In this document: piece by piece, positions 1-8,544 of the stretch
How the letters are laid out: each line of letters begins with the position of its first letter
Position numbering within the stretch: position 1 is the first letter of the stretch
Assembly (NCBI GenBank): GCA_020052615.1
Contig: JAGVOT010000101.1
Coordinates: 57,592 to 121,591, forward strand
Origin: Nitrospirota bacterium
GTDB taxonomy: Bacteria; Nitrospirota; UBA9217
Length of the DNA: 64,000 bases
Reading direction: 5' to 3'
Translations under genes and position numbers: made by a program
The notes under the pieces: generated by a model
Told to the model about the DNA's origin: nothing
Databases searched by the model: none
The model's input: the letters and a program-made list of their open reading frames with translations, nothing else

Positions 1-1312
1 ACAACAGGCGGACTGTAGGAACGTTGAGTGACTGCGCCAGTGCTTTGCGAAGTGTCACGTCACCCTGGTACGTTCGAGTGAAATTTTCAGGGGTCCAGGT
101 CTTCTTCGCATCGACCTTGATGCTCAGAGGGGTGTCGCTCAGCGTGTCGGTCGCGCTGAATCCGCGCTCGACAGCCGCAGCATACACAATGGGCTTAAAG
201 GCCGATCCCGGCTGGCGTAGCGCCTGCCATGCCCGGTTGAACTGGCTCCTGTTGAAATCGCGTCCCCCCACCATGGCAAGGATGTGGCTCGTAGCAGGGT
301 CCAGGACTACAATGGCCGCCTGGAGCGGCTGATGAGGGTGTTTTCGCTTCCGGACCAGCTTCGGCTCCAGCTTGCTCAACCCGGTGATCACTGCCTGTTC
401 AGCGTGAGCCTGGAGGGTGGTATTGATGCTGGTGTAGATGTTCAGTCCTCCGGAATAGAGGATGCTGGAACCGAAACGCTCCTCGACCTTCTGGCGTATA
501 TACTCGACGAAGTAGGGCGCGGGCGCCGGCTTCTCGTGCTGAACGGTCGGCTGGGTGGGAAGGGGAATGCGGGACGCTTCCCGGGCCTGCGCTTCGGTGA
601 TGGTCCCCGTTGCGACAAGACGGTTCAGAACATGTGCCCGCCTGCTGAAAGCGCTCTCACGCGACTTGAAGGGTGAATAGTACTTGGGAGAGCGAGGTAT
701 GCCCGAGAGAAGTGCGCATTCGGCCAGGGACAGGTCCTTTGCCTGTTTGCCGAAGTAGGTTTGCGCAGCAGATTCAACGCCGTATGCACCGCTGCCAAAA
801 TAGATCTGGTTCAGATAGAGGGTCAGGATCTCCTGTTTGGTATAACGCTGCTCGATCTTGAGCGCAAGCGCCATCTCCTTGATCTTTCTCAGATAACTAC
901 GCTCGGGTGTGAGGAAGAGAACCTTCGCCAACTGCTGGGTCAGGGTACTGCCGCCCTCCAGGATCTTTCCCGAGCGGACATTCCTGTACAATGCGCGAGC
1001 AATGCCGCGATAATCCAGGCCGCGATGAGAATAGAACCGGGTGTCCTCGGTGGCGACAAGCGCCTTGATCATCGCTTCGGGGACGTTGGAGAGGATCACC
1101 GGGGTCCGATTCTCAACAAAAAATTCCGCCAGAAGTTGATGTGAGTCCGAGTACACGCGGGTCGTGATGCTCGGCCTGTAGCTTTCGAGCGCCTGGACCT
1201 CGGGAAGGTCCCAGGCTGAATACAGAATGAAGCCCACGGAGCTTCCGATCAGCACCGCTGCTAGGAAAAGCGCCAGATAGGTTATGATGGTCCTGCCTGT
1301 CATGCGGTGCAT
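1..1312 (-). CDS. mrcA: Class A penicillin-binding protein (PBP1A-type, transglycosylase + transpeptidase). N-terminal part only, C-terminus runs off the window start. Alternative start at 1303.
   Basis: Minus-strand translation from 1312 gives MHRMTGRTIITYLALFLAAVLIG (signal anchor). GT51 motifs follow: ATEDTRFYSHRGLDYRGIARA, GGSTLTQQLAK, YLNQIYFGSGAYGVE. Later LDPATSHILAMVGGRDF...RQPGSAFKP is the transpeptidase SxxK region. The six-frame track shows only broken plus-strand ORFs here, consistent with a minus-strand gene. Confidence 0.85.
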   Translation of the reverse strand, partial: MHRMTGRTIITYLALFLAAVLIGSSVGFILYSAWDLPEVQALESYRPSITTRVYSDSHQLLAEFFVENRTPVILSNVPEAMIKALVATEDTRFYSHRGLDYRGIARALYRNVRSGKILEGGSTLTQQLAKVLFLTPERSYLRKIKEMALALKIEQRYTKQEILTLYLNQIYFGSGAYGVESAAQTYFGKQAKDLSLAECALLSGIPRSPKYYSPFKSRESAFSRRAHVLNRLVATGTITEAQAREASRIPLPTQPTVQHEKPAPAPYFVEYIRQKVEERFGSSILYSGGLNIYTSINTTLQAHAEQAVITGLSKLEPKLVRKRKHPHQPLQAAIVVLDPATSHILAMVGGRDFNRSQFNRAWQALRQPGSAFKPIVYAAAVERGFSATDTLSDTPLSIKVDAKKTWTPENFTRTYQGDVTLRKALAQSLNVPTVRLL

Positions 1313-1460
1313 TATACTAGGTTGACCGATGAAAAGCAAAATAGTGATATCAGCAGCGTCCGGGATGAGGAATCGCCCAAGAGATGCCTTGAGTTTTGTC
1401 GGAGTAGATGATATTATTGATCTACGAGTGATTTCATAAAGCGATCGACAGGAGGGACAT

Positions 1461-2039
1461 ATGCCGTACAGCGCCAAGGACTACAGTTCTTTGATCGGAC
1501 TGAAGGGATTCAGCGATACGCTCCTCAAGAACCATTTTACCTTGTATCAAGGCTATGTGACGAATACCAATAAATGCGCCGATACGCTGTCGCAGATGCT
1601 GAAGGACGGCAAAACAGGCGCTGCAGAGTTCTCCGAATTGAAGCGGCGTTTTGGCTGGGAGTTCAATGGTATGAGGCTTCATGAGCTTTATTTTGAAAAT
1701 CTCAAGGGCTCCGGCGGCATCGACAAAGCGGGAAAACTGGCGGGAAAGATGGTGAAGGACTTTGGCGGGGTGGATCTCTGGGAAAAGGACTTCAAGGCCT
1801 GCGGTACCATGCGAGGGATAGGGTGGGTCGTACTGTATTACGATGCCGTGGGAGACCGTCTTTTCAACTCGTGGATTAATGAACACGATGTGGCGCACCT
1901 TGCTGGGTGCACGCCGATCCTTATCATGGACGTTTTCGAGCATGCCTATTTCACCGACTATCAGTTGAAACGGGCCGATTATATCGAGGCTTTCTTCGCA
2001 AATATCAACTGGCAGGCCGCAGCGTCCCGTCTTACGTGA
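1461..2039 (+). CDS. Fe/Mn superoxide dismutase family protein. Three of four metal ligands are recognisable; the first His is shifted or substituted.
   Basis: Aligns to SodA/SodB: GYVTNTN vs QTYVTNLN, RLHELYFENL vs WNHTFYWNCL, GWVVLYY...MDVFEHAYF vs GWTWLV...VDVWEHAYY, and a C-terminal INWQAAASRL tail. RBS AGGAGGGA sits upstream of the ATG at 1461. Confidence 0.7.
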   Translation: MPYSAKDYSSLIGLKGFSDTLLKNHFTLYQGYVTNTNKCADTLSQMLKDGKTGAAEFSELKRRFGWEFNGMRLHELYFENLKGSGGIDKAGKLAGKMVKDFGGVDLWEKDFKACGTMRGIGWVVLYYDAVGDRLFNSWINEHDVAHLAGCTPILIMDVFEHAYFTDYQLKRADYIEAFFANINWQAAASRLT

Positions 2040-2572
2040 TGCAGAAGGGCCTGATCATTGTCTACACCGGGAACGGGAAAGGGAAAACGAGCGCTGCCCT
2101 GGGGATCGCCTTGCGTGCCAGCGGACATTCCCTGTACGTTTCCATGGTGCAGTTCGTCAAAAGTCCTACGGACAGCGGTGAGGAACGCGCCGCCGAGCGC
2201 CTGAAGCCTCAATTCGAGCTCATAACGACGGGGAGGGGGTTTGTGGACATCCCCGGGCATACGGCAACGCTCGCGGAACATAAACAGGCGGCTGAGAACG
2301 CTTTTGTTCTGGCACAACAGCGGGTCCTTTCAGGATACTGGGATGTGGTCATTCTTGACGAGATCAATGTCGCTGTCAAACTGGGGCTCCTGGATATAAC
2401 AAGGGTCCTTGATCTTCTCAAGAAAAAGCCGAAGAAACTGCATGTAGTCCTTACCGGCCGCGATGCACATGATGAACTGATCGCGCTGGCCGATCTGGTC
2501 ACGGAGATGCGGCTGGTCAAACACCCCTATGATGAGGACGGCATACCCGCCCAGAAAGGCATAGATTTCTGA
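2039..2572 (+). CDS. cobO: Cob(I)yrinic acid a,c-diamide / cob(I)alamin adenosyltransferase (CobO/BtuR family).
   Basis: MQKGLIIVYTGNGKGKTSAALGIALRASGHSLYVSMVQFVKS matches the P-loop core of the BtuR/CobA/CobO family. The start ATG overlaps the SOD-like stop as TGATG at 2037-2041. Confidence 0.8.
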   Translation: MQKGLIIVYTGNGKGKTSAALGIALRASGHSLYVSMVQFVKSPTDSGEERAAERLKPQFELITTGRGFVDIPGHTATLAEHKQAAENAFVLAQQRVLSGYWDVVILDEINVAVKLGLLDITRVLDLLKKKPKKLHVVLTGRDAHDELIALADLVTEMRLVKHPYDEDGIPAQKGIDF

Positions 2573-2643
2573 TCGCATTGACCTCCAAAATAATCCTATC
2601 AGGAAGCTCATGAGCTCTTGACAATGGTATCCCCTTGATTACC

Positions 2644-2672
2644 TTGACAATATCGATCATCTTAGGTATAGT
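2644..2672 (+). promoter_or_regulatory. Sigma70-like promoter upstream of the envelope operon: -35 TTGACA (2644-2649), 17-nt spacer, -10 TATAGT (2667-2672).
   Basis: Consensus hexamers with optimal spacing. The first downstream start codon is at 2898, giving a ~220-nt leader. A 12-nt perfect palindrome AGCTCATGAGCT (2605-2616) and a second TTGACA (2618-2623) lie just upstream. Confidence 0.5.
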
Positions 2673-2897
2673 CGTTTCTCAGTCTCGATATCGTCGCCAG
2701 GTGATGGTCTGTTTCATCAGCCCTCACGTATAGAGAGAAGTGAATAGTACCTTGACTTATCCCGCTTCCTATGGAATTCTGAACGGGACACAAATGTTCA
2801 GTCGTTCTATGAGGGAGGTGAAACCTCGGCAAGCATGATCGTCCCAATATTAAGGAACTGATAACTAAATATTCGTCATTCTCAAAGGAGGTATAAC

Positions 2898-3752
2898 ATG
2901 GGCAGTGGAAGAAGAGTTCTATTCGTTTTATCAGTAGCAGCCCTCCTGGCATTTATGGGCGGCAGTGCGTTCGCCCAACTCGTGGGCACGGTAACGGACG
3001 TTGAAACCTCCGTAGGATCGTCAGGCAAGGTCGACTGGACCACGGGGGTGATCACCGCGGTCGGCATCGGCGCCCCCCCTGCACAGCCGGCGAACGCAGC
3101 GCAGGCCAGGGCCATGGCAGAGCGCGCGGCGCAGGTCGTGGCATACCGCAACCTGCTCGAAGCGGTGAAAGGCGTCCGTATTGATTCAACGACGACCGTC
3201 GAGAACTTCATGGTAACGAGCGATGTCATCCGCACGCAGGTCAGCGGGTTCGTACAGGGCGCCATGGTCATGGACAAGAAATACATGTCCGACGGGTCCG
3301 TCGAGGTCACGGTCGGTATGAAGCTGACTGGTGCGCTTGCTGATTCGCTTCTCCCGAAGACCCCCCCGGCGCAGCCTACGGGTATCGTAACGACGCCGGG
3401 TGTTGCTGGACAGACATTCACCGGTCTCATTGTTGACGCCCGCGGTCTTGGTATCAAGCCGGCAATGGCTCCCAAGGTCCTGAACGAAGACGGCAAGGAA
3501 GTCTACGGTTCGGCCTGGATCAACAGGGATTGGGCCGTCCGCGAAGGTATGGCGGGCTATCTGAAGGACCCGCTGCAGGCACAGCAGAACCCCCGCGTGA
3601 CCGATAAGCCGCTCCTGGTGAAGGCCATCAAGGCCTCAGGTGACGCACGGGTGGATATGGTGATCTCCAACGCCGATGCATCGATGATCCACGGCGCCAC
3701 GCAGAACCTGAGTTTCCTGGAAAAGTGCAAAGTCATCATTCTGGTGGATTAG
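2898..3752 (+). CDS. Secreted two-domain protein: N-terminal LPP20-like lipoprotein-family domain plus a conserved C-terminal domain (paralog A).
   Basis: Signal peptide MGSGRRVLFVLSVAALLAFMGGSAFA. The core GIGAPP...NAAQARAMAERAAQVVAYRNLLEAVKGVRIDSTTTVENFMVTSDVIRT is typical of the LPP20/FlgP-like fold. It is near-identical to the N-domain of 6498..7553 and similar to 13639..14550. The C-terminal GLIVDARGLGIKPAMAPKVL...RVTDKPLLVKAIKASGDARVDMVISNADASM is shared with paralog B. Confidence 0.55.
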   Translation: MGSGRRVLFVLSVAALLAFMGGSAFAQLVGTVTDVETSVGSSGKVDWTTGVITAVGIGAPPAQPANAAQARAMAERAAQVVAYRNLLEAVKGVRIDSTTTVENFMVTSDVIRTQVSGFVQGAMVMDKKYMSDGSVEVTVGMKLTGALADSLLPKTPPAQPTGIVTTPGVAGQTFTGLIVDARGLGIKPAMAPKVLNEDGKEVYGSAWINRDWAVREGMAGYLKDPLQAQQNPRVTDKPLLVKAIKASGDARVDMVISNADASMIHGATQNLSFLEKCKVIILVD

Positions 3753-3840
3753 GGCATCCCAGAAGGGATCATTTCCCGGCCTGCAGGCGGGAAGACCGGC
3801 AACGCTGTTGCCGGTATATATTATAGATGCGGAGGTTAGA

Positions 3841-4998
3841 ATGGTTACCAACATTAAGCGTCTCGCGGTACTGATGCTCGTGATCGTTGCGCTGGTCGCT
3901 GTGGGATGCGGTCCCAAAGCAGCGCCTTCGACGTCGGTACTGGATACTCCTGAATACCATTACCAGCAGGGGCTCAAGTTCCTGGATAAGAACCAGATGG
4001 ATGATGCCATGAAGGAGTTCCAGCGGGCGGTTGACCTTGACCCGAAGTCACCGCTTGGCTACATCGGCAAAGGTCTTACGTTCGGCAAGAAGGGCGATTT
4101 CAAGGCGGCTTTCGAGAACATGGAGAAGGCAAAAGATCTGGAGACGAAGGGGATCGAATCCCGTATCGGGATGATCCGTCTCCATAGCCTGCAGCGCGGC
4201 AAGAACTTCAGTAAGGAATGTGAGGGCGAGTTCAAGGCTGCCAATGAGAAAGAGCCGAACAACGCCCGTCTTCACTATTTCATGGGTATGGCATATAAAT
4301 CGGCATTGGATTTCGACAAGGCCGCAGGCATGTTCCGCACGGTCTTGGACCTGAACAAGGACTTTACGGGTGAGGCCAACGCCGAATGGTCCGTGATCCA
4401 GAAGATCCAGCGCGCTGCGCCGGGCACCGAGATCGGCAAAAAGATCGCTCTGATCGATAAGATCGACCGGGCCGATGTAAGTGCTCTCTTCGACCAGGAA
4501 CTGAACCTGGAAAAGCTCTTCACCAAGCGGGGCACCAAGAACTACGATACGAGCTTCAAGGCACCGACGGAGTCTTCGACGCAGTTCTCGCCGGAGACGA
4601 CAGTGAAGATGGATGCCGCTACGGACATCAAGGACCACTGGCTCAGGCCGAGCATCGAAACCATCCTGAAACTTCAGGTGCGCGGACTTGAGGCAGGTCC
4701 GAACCACAAATTCGATCCCGACAAGGATATCACCAAGGGAGAATTTTCCGTCATGCTCGAGGATATCCTGATCAAGGTCTCGGGTGATGAAAAGCTTGCC
4801 ACCAAGTACCTTGGCGCGACCTCACCGTTCCCTGATATCCGGAACGACCAGTATTTCTTCAGCGCGGCCATGACCGTGACCACGCGTAACTTCCTTGAGG
4901 CGGACAAGGCGACAGGCGAGTTCAAACCTGGCGATTCGGTGTCGGGAGCCGACGCGCTGCTGTCCATTCGTGAGTTCAAGAACCAGCTGAAATTCTGA
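3841..4998 (+). CDS. TPR-repeat lipoprotein with a C-terminal SLH (S-layer homology) domain.
   Basis: MVTNIKRLAVLMLVIVALVAVGCGP has a lipobox (VAVGC). TPR-like helical repeats follow: AMKEFQRAVDLDPKSPLGYIGKGLTF..., ARLHYFMGMAYKS. C-terminal HWLRPSIETILKLQVRGLEAGPNHKFDPDKDITKGEFSVMLEDIL fits the SLH consensus. RBS GGAGG sits 7 nt before the ATG at 3841; the track ORF begins at a TTG at 3808. Confidence 0.6.
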   Translation: MVTNIKRLAVLMLVIVALVAVGCGPKAAPSTSVLDTPEYHYQQGLKFLDKNQMDDAMKEFQRAVDLDPKSPLGYIGKGLTFGKKGDFKAAFENMEKAKDLETKGIESRIGMIRLHSLQRGKNFSKECEGEFKAANEKEPNNARLHYFMGMAYKSALDFDKAAGMFRTVLDLNKDFTGEANAEWSVIQKIQRAAPGTEIGKKIALIDKIDRADVSALFDQELNLEKLFTKRGTKNYDTSFKAPTESSTQFSPETTVKMDAATDIKDHWLRPSIETILKLQVRGLEAGPNHKFDPDKDITKGEFSVMLEDILIKVSGDEKLATKYLGATSPFPDIRNDQYFFSAAMTVTTRNFLEADKATGEFKPGDSVSGADALLSIREFKNQLKF

Positions 4999-5014
4999 TC
5001 CCCTGTGACAAGGC

Positions 5015-5049
5015 AGGCCCGCCCCTTTAACGGGGCGGGCCTTTTTCTT
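5015..5049 (+). terminator. Intrinsic terminator or attenuator hairpin inside the operon, between the TPR/SLH gene and the transglutaminase gene.
   Basis: AGGCCCGCCCC-TTTAAC-GGGGCGGGCCT followed by TTTTTCTT. The downstream ATG is at 5053, only ~4 nt after the U-tract. Confidence 0.6.
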
Positions 5050-5052
5050 CCT

Positions 5053-6435
5053 ATGCCGAATAAATTTTATTTTCCTTTGACCGTCCTTTTCATCCTTATC
5101 ACTGCGTCAGGCTCCCAGGCAGGTCTCACGGTGCTTGAGGGCGAACACACGGTTATCTACGATATTGTAAATCCACGCGGGGTCGCGTTCATTCCGGATT
5201 ACGCGAACGAATCCTTTGTCCAAAAGGTACTCAGCCAGGACGAGTTCAGCAAACGGGTTCAGGTAACATCAAAAATGGCCCCCATGAAGACGCGCGTCCC
5301 GTTTCCCGTTCCTTCCGGTATGGTCAGGGGATCGCTCCAACAATATCTCTTGCCTGAACGGGACCGTCAGTCCGGTGATCCATCGATCGTCAAACTTGCA
5401 CGTGAGCTGGTCCAGGGCAGCAACTATGCGCATGAGGCGGCGAACGCTATTCTCACCTGGATCGCCGATAACCTGACCTTTGACTCCAGCATTACCGTTC
5501 CCTCCGATGCATCGTCAGCGCTCAAATACCGAAAGGCATACTGCGTCGGCTATTCCAATCTTGCCGTGGCCATGCTGAGGGCTGCAGGCATCCCGTCGCG
5601 GGTGGCTCATGGATATCTGCCCCCGGGATACGAATGGGGATTTTCCAGAGAGTACTGGGGTGTCAAGGTGAATGACGGCGGTTTTCACGCTTACCTGGAG
5701 ATCTATTATCCCGATACGGGCTGGGTATTCACCGATGCCGAACATTCCCATCATTTTGTAGATCCCTTCCATATCATTCTCCGTCTCGACGGGATGGAGA
5801 TGCCCGGGGTCTACAAGGGAGGGTACCTTGACGTTGACAAGGCCACCTTTTTCACGATCTTCCAGGAAGAGGACCGGACGGTCATGGTGGATGAGCTGGC
5901 GCTTCCCAAACAGAAACGGCTTGGCCGCAGGATGAACAAGCGGCAGTCCTCAGCGCTGGTTTCCGGCACCGTGAACGATACATCGGGCAAGCCGGTCGTG
6001 AAGGGGACTGCGGTCCTCTGGAAGGACGGCCGCGGAACGCAATTTCCGTTCAACGACGGGCGGTATACCATCGCGGTCTCCAATCCGGGGAAATACCGTA
6101 TTGATGTCAAAGGCCCCGGTTTCGCCAAGGCGACCTATGAGGTCCAGATCGAACAGGGCAAGGTCTATCGGAAGGACTTTACTCTGGCCTCGGGCGGAGT
6201 GATCAAGGGGAAGGTTGTCGATGGCGCGGGAAAGGCCCTTCAGGAGGGAGATGTGTTCTACCGTGACGGGAACACCAGCTTTGGCGTGCCTGTCGACCGG
6301 GACGGCACCTACCGGATCGAAGGCCTGATACCGGGCCAATACAAGATCTCGGTCATGGTAGGGGATAAAAATGTGTCTCATCAGGTAAAGGTGGAGGCCG
6401 CTAAAGAGAGCGTACAGGATTTTGTCGTAAAATGA
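5053..6435 (+). CDS. Secreted transglutaminase-like (Cys-His-Asp core) protein with C-terminal carboxypeptidase-regulatory-like beta-sandwich repeats.
   Basis: Signal peptide MPNKFYFPLTVLFILITASGSQA. Transglutaminase-like core: KAYCVGYSNLAVAMLRAAGIPSRVAHGY...GFHAYLEIYYPDTGWVFTDAE. CarbopepD_reg-type repeats: SGTVNDTSGKPVVKGTAVL, IKGKVVDGAGKALQEGDVF, YRIEGLIPGQYKISV. Confidence 0.7.
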   Translation: MPNKFYFPLTVLFILITASGSQAGLTVLEGEHTVIYDIVNPRGVAFIPDYANESFVQKVLSQDEFSKRVQVTSKMAPMKTRVPFPVPSGMVRGSLQQYLLPERDRQSGDPSIVKLARELVQGSNYAHEAANAILTWIADNLTFDSSITVPSDASSALKYRKAYCVGYSNLAVAMLRAAGIPSRVAHGYLPPGYEWGFSREYWGVKVNDGGFHAYLEIYYPDTGWVFTDAEHSHHFVDPFHIILRLDGMEMPGVYKGGYLDVDKATFFTIFQEEDRTVMVDELALPKQKRLGRRMNKRQSSALVSGTVNDTSGKPVVKGTAVLWKDGRGTQFPFNDGRYTIAVSNPGKYRIDVKGPGFAKATYEVQIEQGKVYRKDFTLASGGVIKGKVVDGAGKALQEGDVFYRDGNTSFGVPVDRDGTYRIEGLIPGQYKISVMVGDKNVSHQVKVEAAKESVQDFVVK

Positions 6436-6497
6436 GCGTTCGCGTTCCAATCCGTAGTTTTATTGTTGTCATTTTCTGGAAGGAAATGGAGTGAAAA

Positions 6498-7553
6498 ATG
6501 CGTTACCGTCTGTTGCTCTCGTTCACGATGCTGTATCTGCTGCTGTCCGTGGCAATGGGCCACGCGCAGACCGCTAATCCGACCGATGCCTTGGAGACCG
6601 TTGGTCAGGGCATGATCAATTGGACCACCGGTGAGGTGTACGCGACGGGCATCGGCGCACCGCCGTCGAACGCGGTGAACCCGGCGCAGGCGCGTGCCAT
6701 GGCGGAACGGGCCGCGCAGGTCGTGGCGTACCGCAACCTCCTGGAGATCGTGAAAGGCGTCCGGGTGGACTCTGAGACGGTGGTCGAGAACTTCATGACC
6801 AAAAGTGACATCATCAGGACGAAGGTCGACGGCATCATCAAGGGAGCAATGCCGGTCAAGAAACAGTACCTGTCCGATGGCTCCGTTGAAATAACCGTGG
6901 TCATGCGCATGAAGGGCGACTTTTTGAATGCGGTGGTCCCGGAAACATTCGGAAGTACGACGCTCCCGCCTCCGCCGTTGCGTCCCGCTCCATCGGTTCA
7001 GGTCCCTGCGCCCCAGCGGCCGGCTCCCGCACCTCAGGCGCCGGAGAAACGGCCCGAACCGCCGCGGATAGAACCGGCCAAGCCCGCCCCGCAGCAACCG
7101 GAGAAGAAGCCTGAGCCGCCCAAGGTCGTACCGCCCCAACAGCCGCTACCGGAGAAACCGGCCCAGTTGCCCCCCGTCCCGGTTCCCGACCAGTCGACGA
7201 CGAAATTCAAGGGCGGGAAGGCAACAGGTGTGGTGATCGACGGGAGAGGTCTCGGCTTGAAGCCTGCGCTGCTGCCGAAGATCATCGACCCCCAGGGTCA
7301 GGAGATCTACGTGGGACAGGTGGTGGCGAGAACCAATGCCGTCGAGCAAGGCGTGGCTGGATATGCCAAGGACGTTAACGCTGCCGCCAATAACTTCCGG
7401 GTCACCGATAATCCGGCGGTCATCAAGGGCGTCCGCGCATCAGGTGCCGCGCGAACCGATATCATGCTCAGCCAGTCCGATTCCTCGATGCTGCGCGATC
7501 TGGGCAAAAAGGGGGATTTCCTCCAGTATTGCAGGGTCATAATCGTTTATTGA
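6498..7553 (+). CDS. Secreted LPP20-like two-domain protein with a ~90-aa proline-rich linker (paralog B).
   Basis: Signal peptide MRYRLLLSFTMLYLLLSVAMGHAQ. N-domain GIGAPP...PAQARAMAERAAQVVAYRNLLEIVKGVRVDSETVVENFMTKSDIIRT is almost identical to paralog A. Pro-rich linker: PPPPLRPAPSVQVPAPQRPAPAPQAPEKRPEPPRIEPAKPAPQQPEKKPEPPKVVPPQQPLPEKPAQLPPVPVPD. C-domain GVVIDGRGLGLKPALLPKIIDPQGQEIYVGQVV... is homologous to the C-domain of paralog A. Confidence 0.55.
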   Translation: MRYRLLLSFTMLYLLLSVAMGHAQTANPTDALETVGQGMINWTTGEVYATGIGAPPSNAVNPAQARAMAERAAQVVAYRNLLEIVKGVRVDSETVVENFMTKSDIIRTKVDGIIKGAMPVKKQYLSDGSVEITVVMRMKGDFLNAVVPETFGSTTLPPPPLRPAPSVQVPAPQRPAPAPQAPEKRPEPPRIEPAKPAPQQPEKKPEPPKVVPPQQPLPEKPAQLPPVPVPDQSTTKFKGGKATGVVIDGRGLGLKPALLPKIIDPQGQEIYVGQVVARTNAVEQGVAGYAKDVNAAANNFRVTDNPAVIKGVRASGAARTDIMLSQSDSSMLRDLGKKGDFLQYCRVIIVY

Positions 7554-7628
7554 TGGTTCCCCGTGACGTGAATAGGGCCTATCGGTGCTCATTCACGGAA
7601 AGATTTCTCAGGGTCGTAAAGGAGGTTT

Positions 7629-8393
7629 ATGATGAGATCGAAGATGAGAAAAATGCTTGGCATCGCAGCGGCAATAATGTTGCTCACGGGATTTTCCGCA
7701 GGATCCGCTTCTGCGGACGATTCCGCCGCCATCGTGACCAGGCTTGAGGGAAATGCCTCCGTTTTCACCAAGGGCAGAAAGGCCGCGACGCCGCTCAAGA
7801 AGAACGACAGGCTCAAAAAAGGGCAGGAAGTAAAAGTGGGGGAAAAATCGCGGGTTGAATTGAAATACCCTGATGGGACGGTCATGCGGTTCGCGGAGCG
7901 CTCTACCATCAAGATCGACGACATAACCTATGATAGCAAGACGCAAAGCAAGAAAGTAAAGGTCGACCTGGGAGGGGGCAAACTCTGGGCAAATGTGAAA
8001 AAACTGGTCACTCCTGATTCCAAAGTCGAGGTAAAGACCGTGAATGCCGTAGCAGGGGTCAGGGGTACGGTATACCGTGTCAATGTCGAAGCGGACAACA
8101 GCGCCATGGTGAAAGTCTATGACGGAACGGTCGCCGTGGCGGGCGTTCCGAAAGAAGCGGCAAAACCCTCGGGACAGTTTACGGCTCCGGTGCAGGTACC
8201 TGGACCGCAGCCGGTCCCGCCGCCCTACCATGAGGTTTCCATGGAGGAATGGACGGTGATCGTCAGGGCGATGCAGCAGATGACCGTGTCGCCCGAGGGG
8301 GTCGCGTCCAAGCCGCAGGATTTTACCCCTCAGCAGGATATGGATGATTGGGTGCAGTGGAACCAGGAACGTGATAAGCAATTGAGCTTCTAA
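7629..8393 (+). CDS. Secreted FecR-domain protein, without an adjacent ECF sigma factor.
   Basis: Signal peptide MMRSKMRKMLGIAAAIMLLTGFSAGSASA. FecR-like beta region: RLKKGQEVKVGEKSRVELKYPDGTVMRFAERSTIKID...GKLWANV...KTVNAVAGVRGTVYRV. A perfect RBS AAAGGAGG precedes the ATG. Confidence 0.55.
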   Translation: MMRSKMRKMLGIAAAIMLLTGFSAGSASADDSAAIVTRLEGNASVFTKGRKAATPLKKNDRLKKGQEVKVGEKSRVELKYPDGTVMRFAERSTIKIDDITYDSKTQSKKVKVDLGGGKLWANVKKLVTPDSKVEVKTVNAVAGVRGTVYRVNVEADNSAMVKVYDGTVAVAGVPKEAAKPSGQFTAPVQVPGPQPVPPPYHEVSMEEWTVIVRAMQQMTVSPEGVASKPQDFTPQQDMDDWVQWNQERDKQLSF

Positions 8394-8423
8394 GCAGGGA
8401 AAGTCGTTGCGCTCTAGTCGAAG

Positions 8424-8460
8424 GCCGTTCCGGTTGCAACCGGAACGGCCTTTTGTCTTT
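8424..8460 (+). terminator. Rho-independent terminator closing the envelope operon.
   Basis: Perfect hairpin GGCCGTTCCGGTTG/CAACCGGAACGGCC followed by TTTTGTCTTT. Confidence 0.8.
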
Positions 8461-8474
8461 GGTGACAATAACCT

Positions 8475-8536
8475 TGACAACCTTCCGATCGGCGTGGTAT
8501 AAAACCCTGCAATTGAAAATGGTTATCAAAATCATC
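8475..8536 (+). promoter_or_regulatory. fur promoter: -35 TTGACA (8475-8480), 17-nt spacer, -10 TATAAA (8498-8503). A candidate Fur box overlaps the transcription start region (8511-8536).
   Basis: Consensus hexamers. AATTGAAAATGGTTATCAAAATCATC is an AT-rich hexamer array resembling GATAATGATAATCATTATC, placed between the -10 and the fur ATG (8545), consistent with autoregulation. Confidence 0.45.
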
Positions 8537-8544
8537 TGAAGACG

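Noticed and set aside
5005-5052. Track start of the transglutaminase ORF at 5005.
   Set aside because: The extension would translate through the terminator hairpin. The signal peptide begins at the ATG at 5053.
7608-8480. 290-aa minus-strand ORF.
   Set aside because: Antisense to the FecR-domain gene and runs through the terminator hairpin; Arg-rich junk translation.
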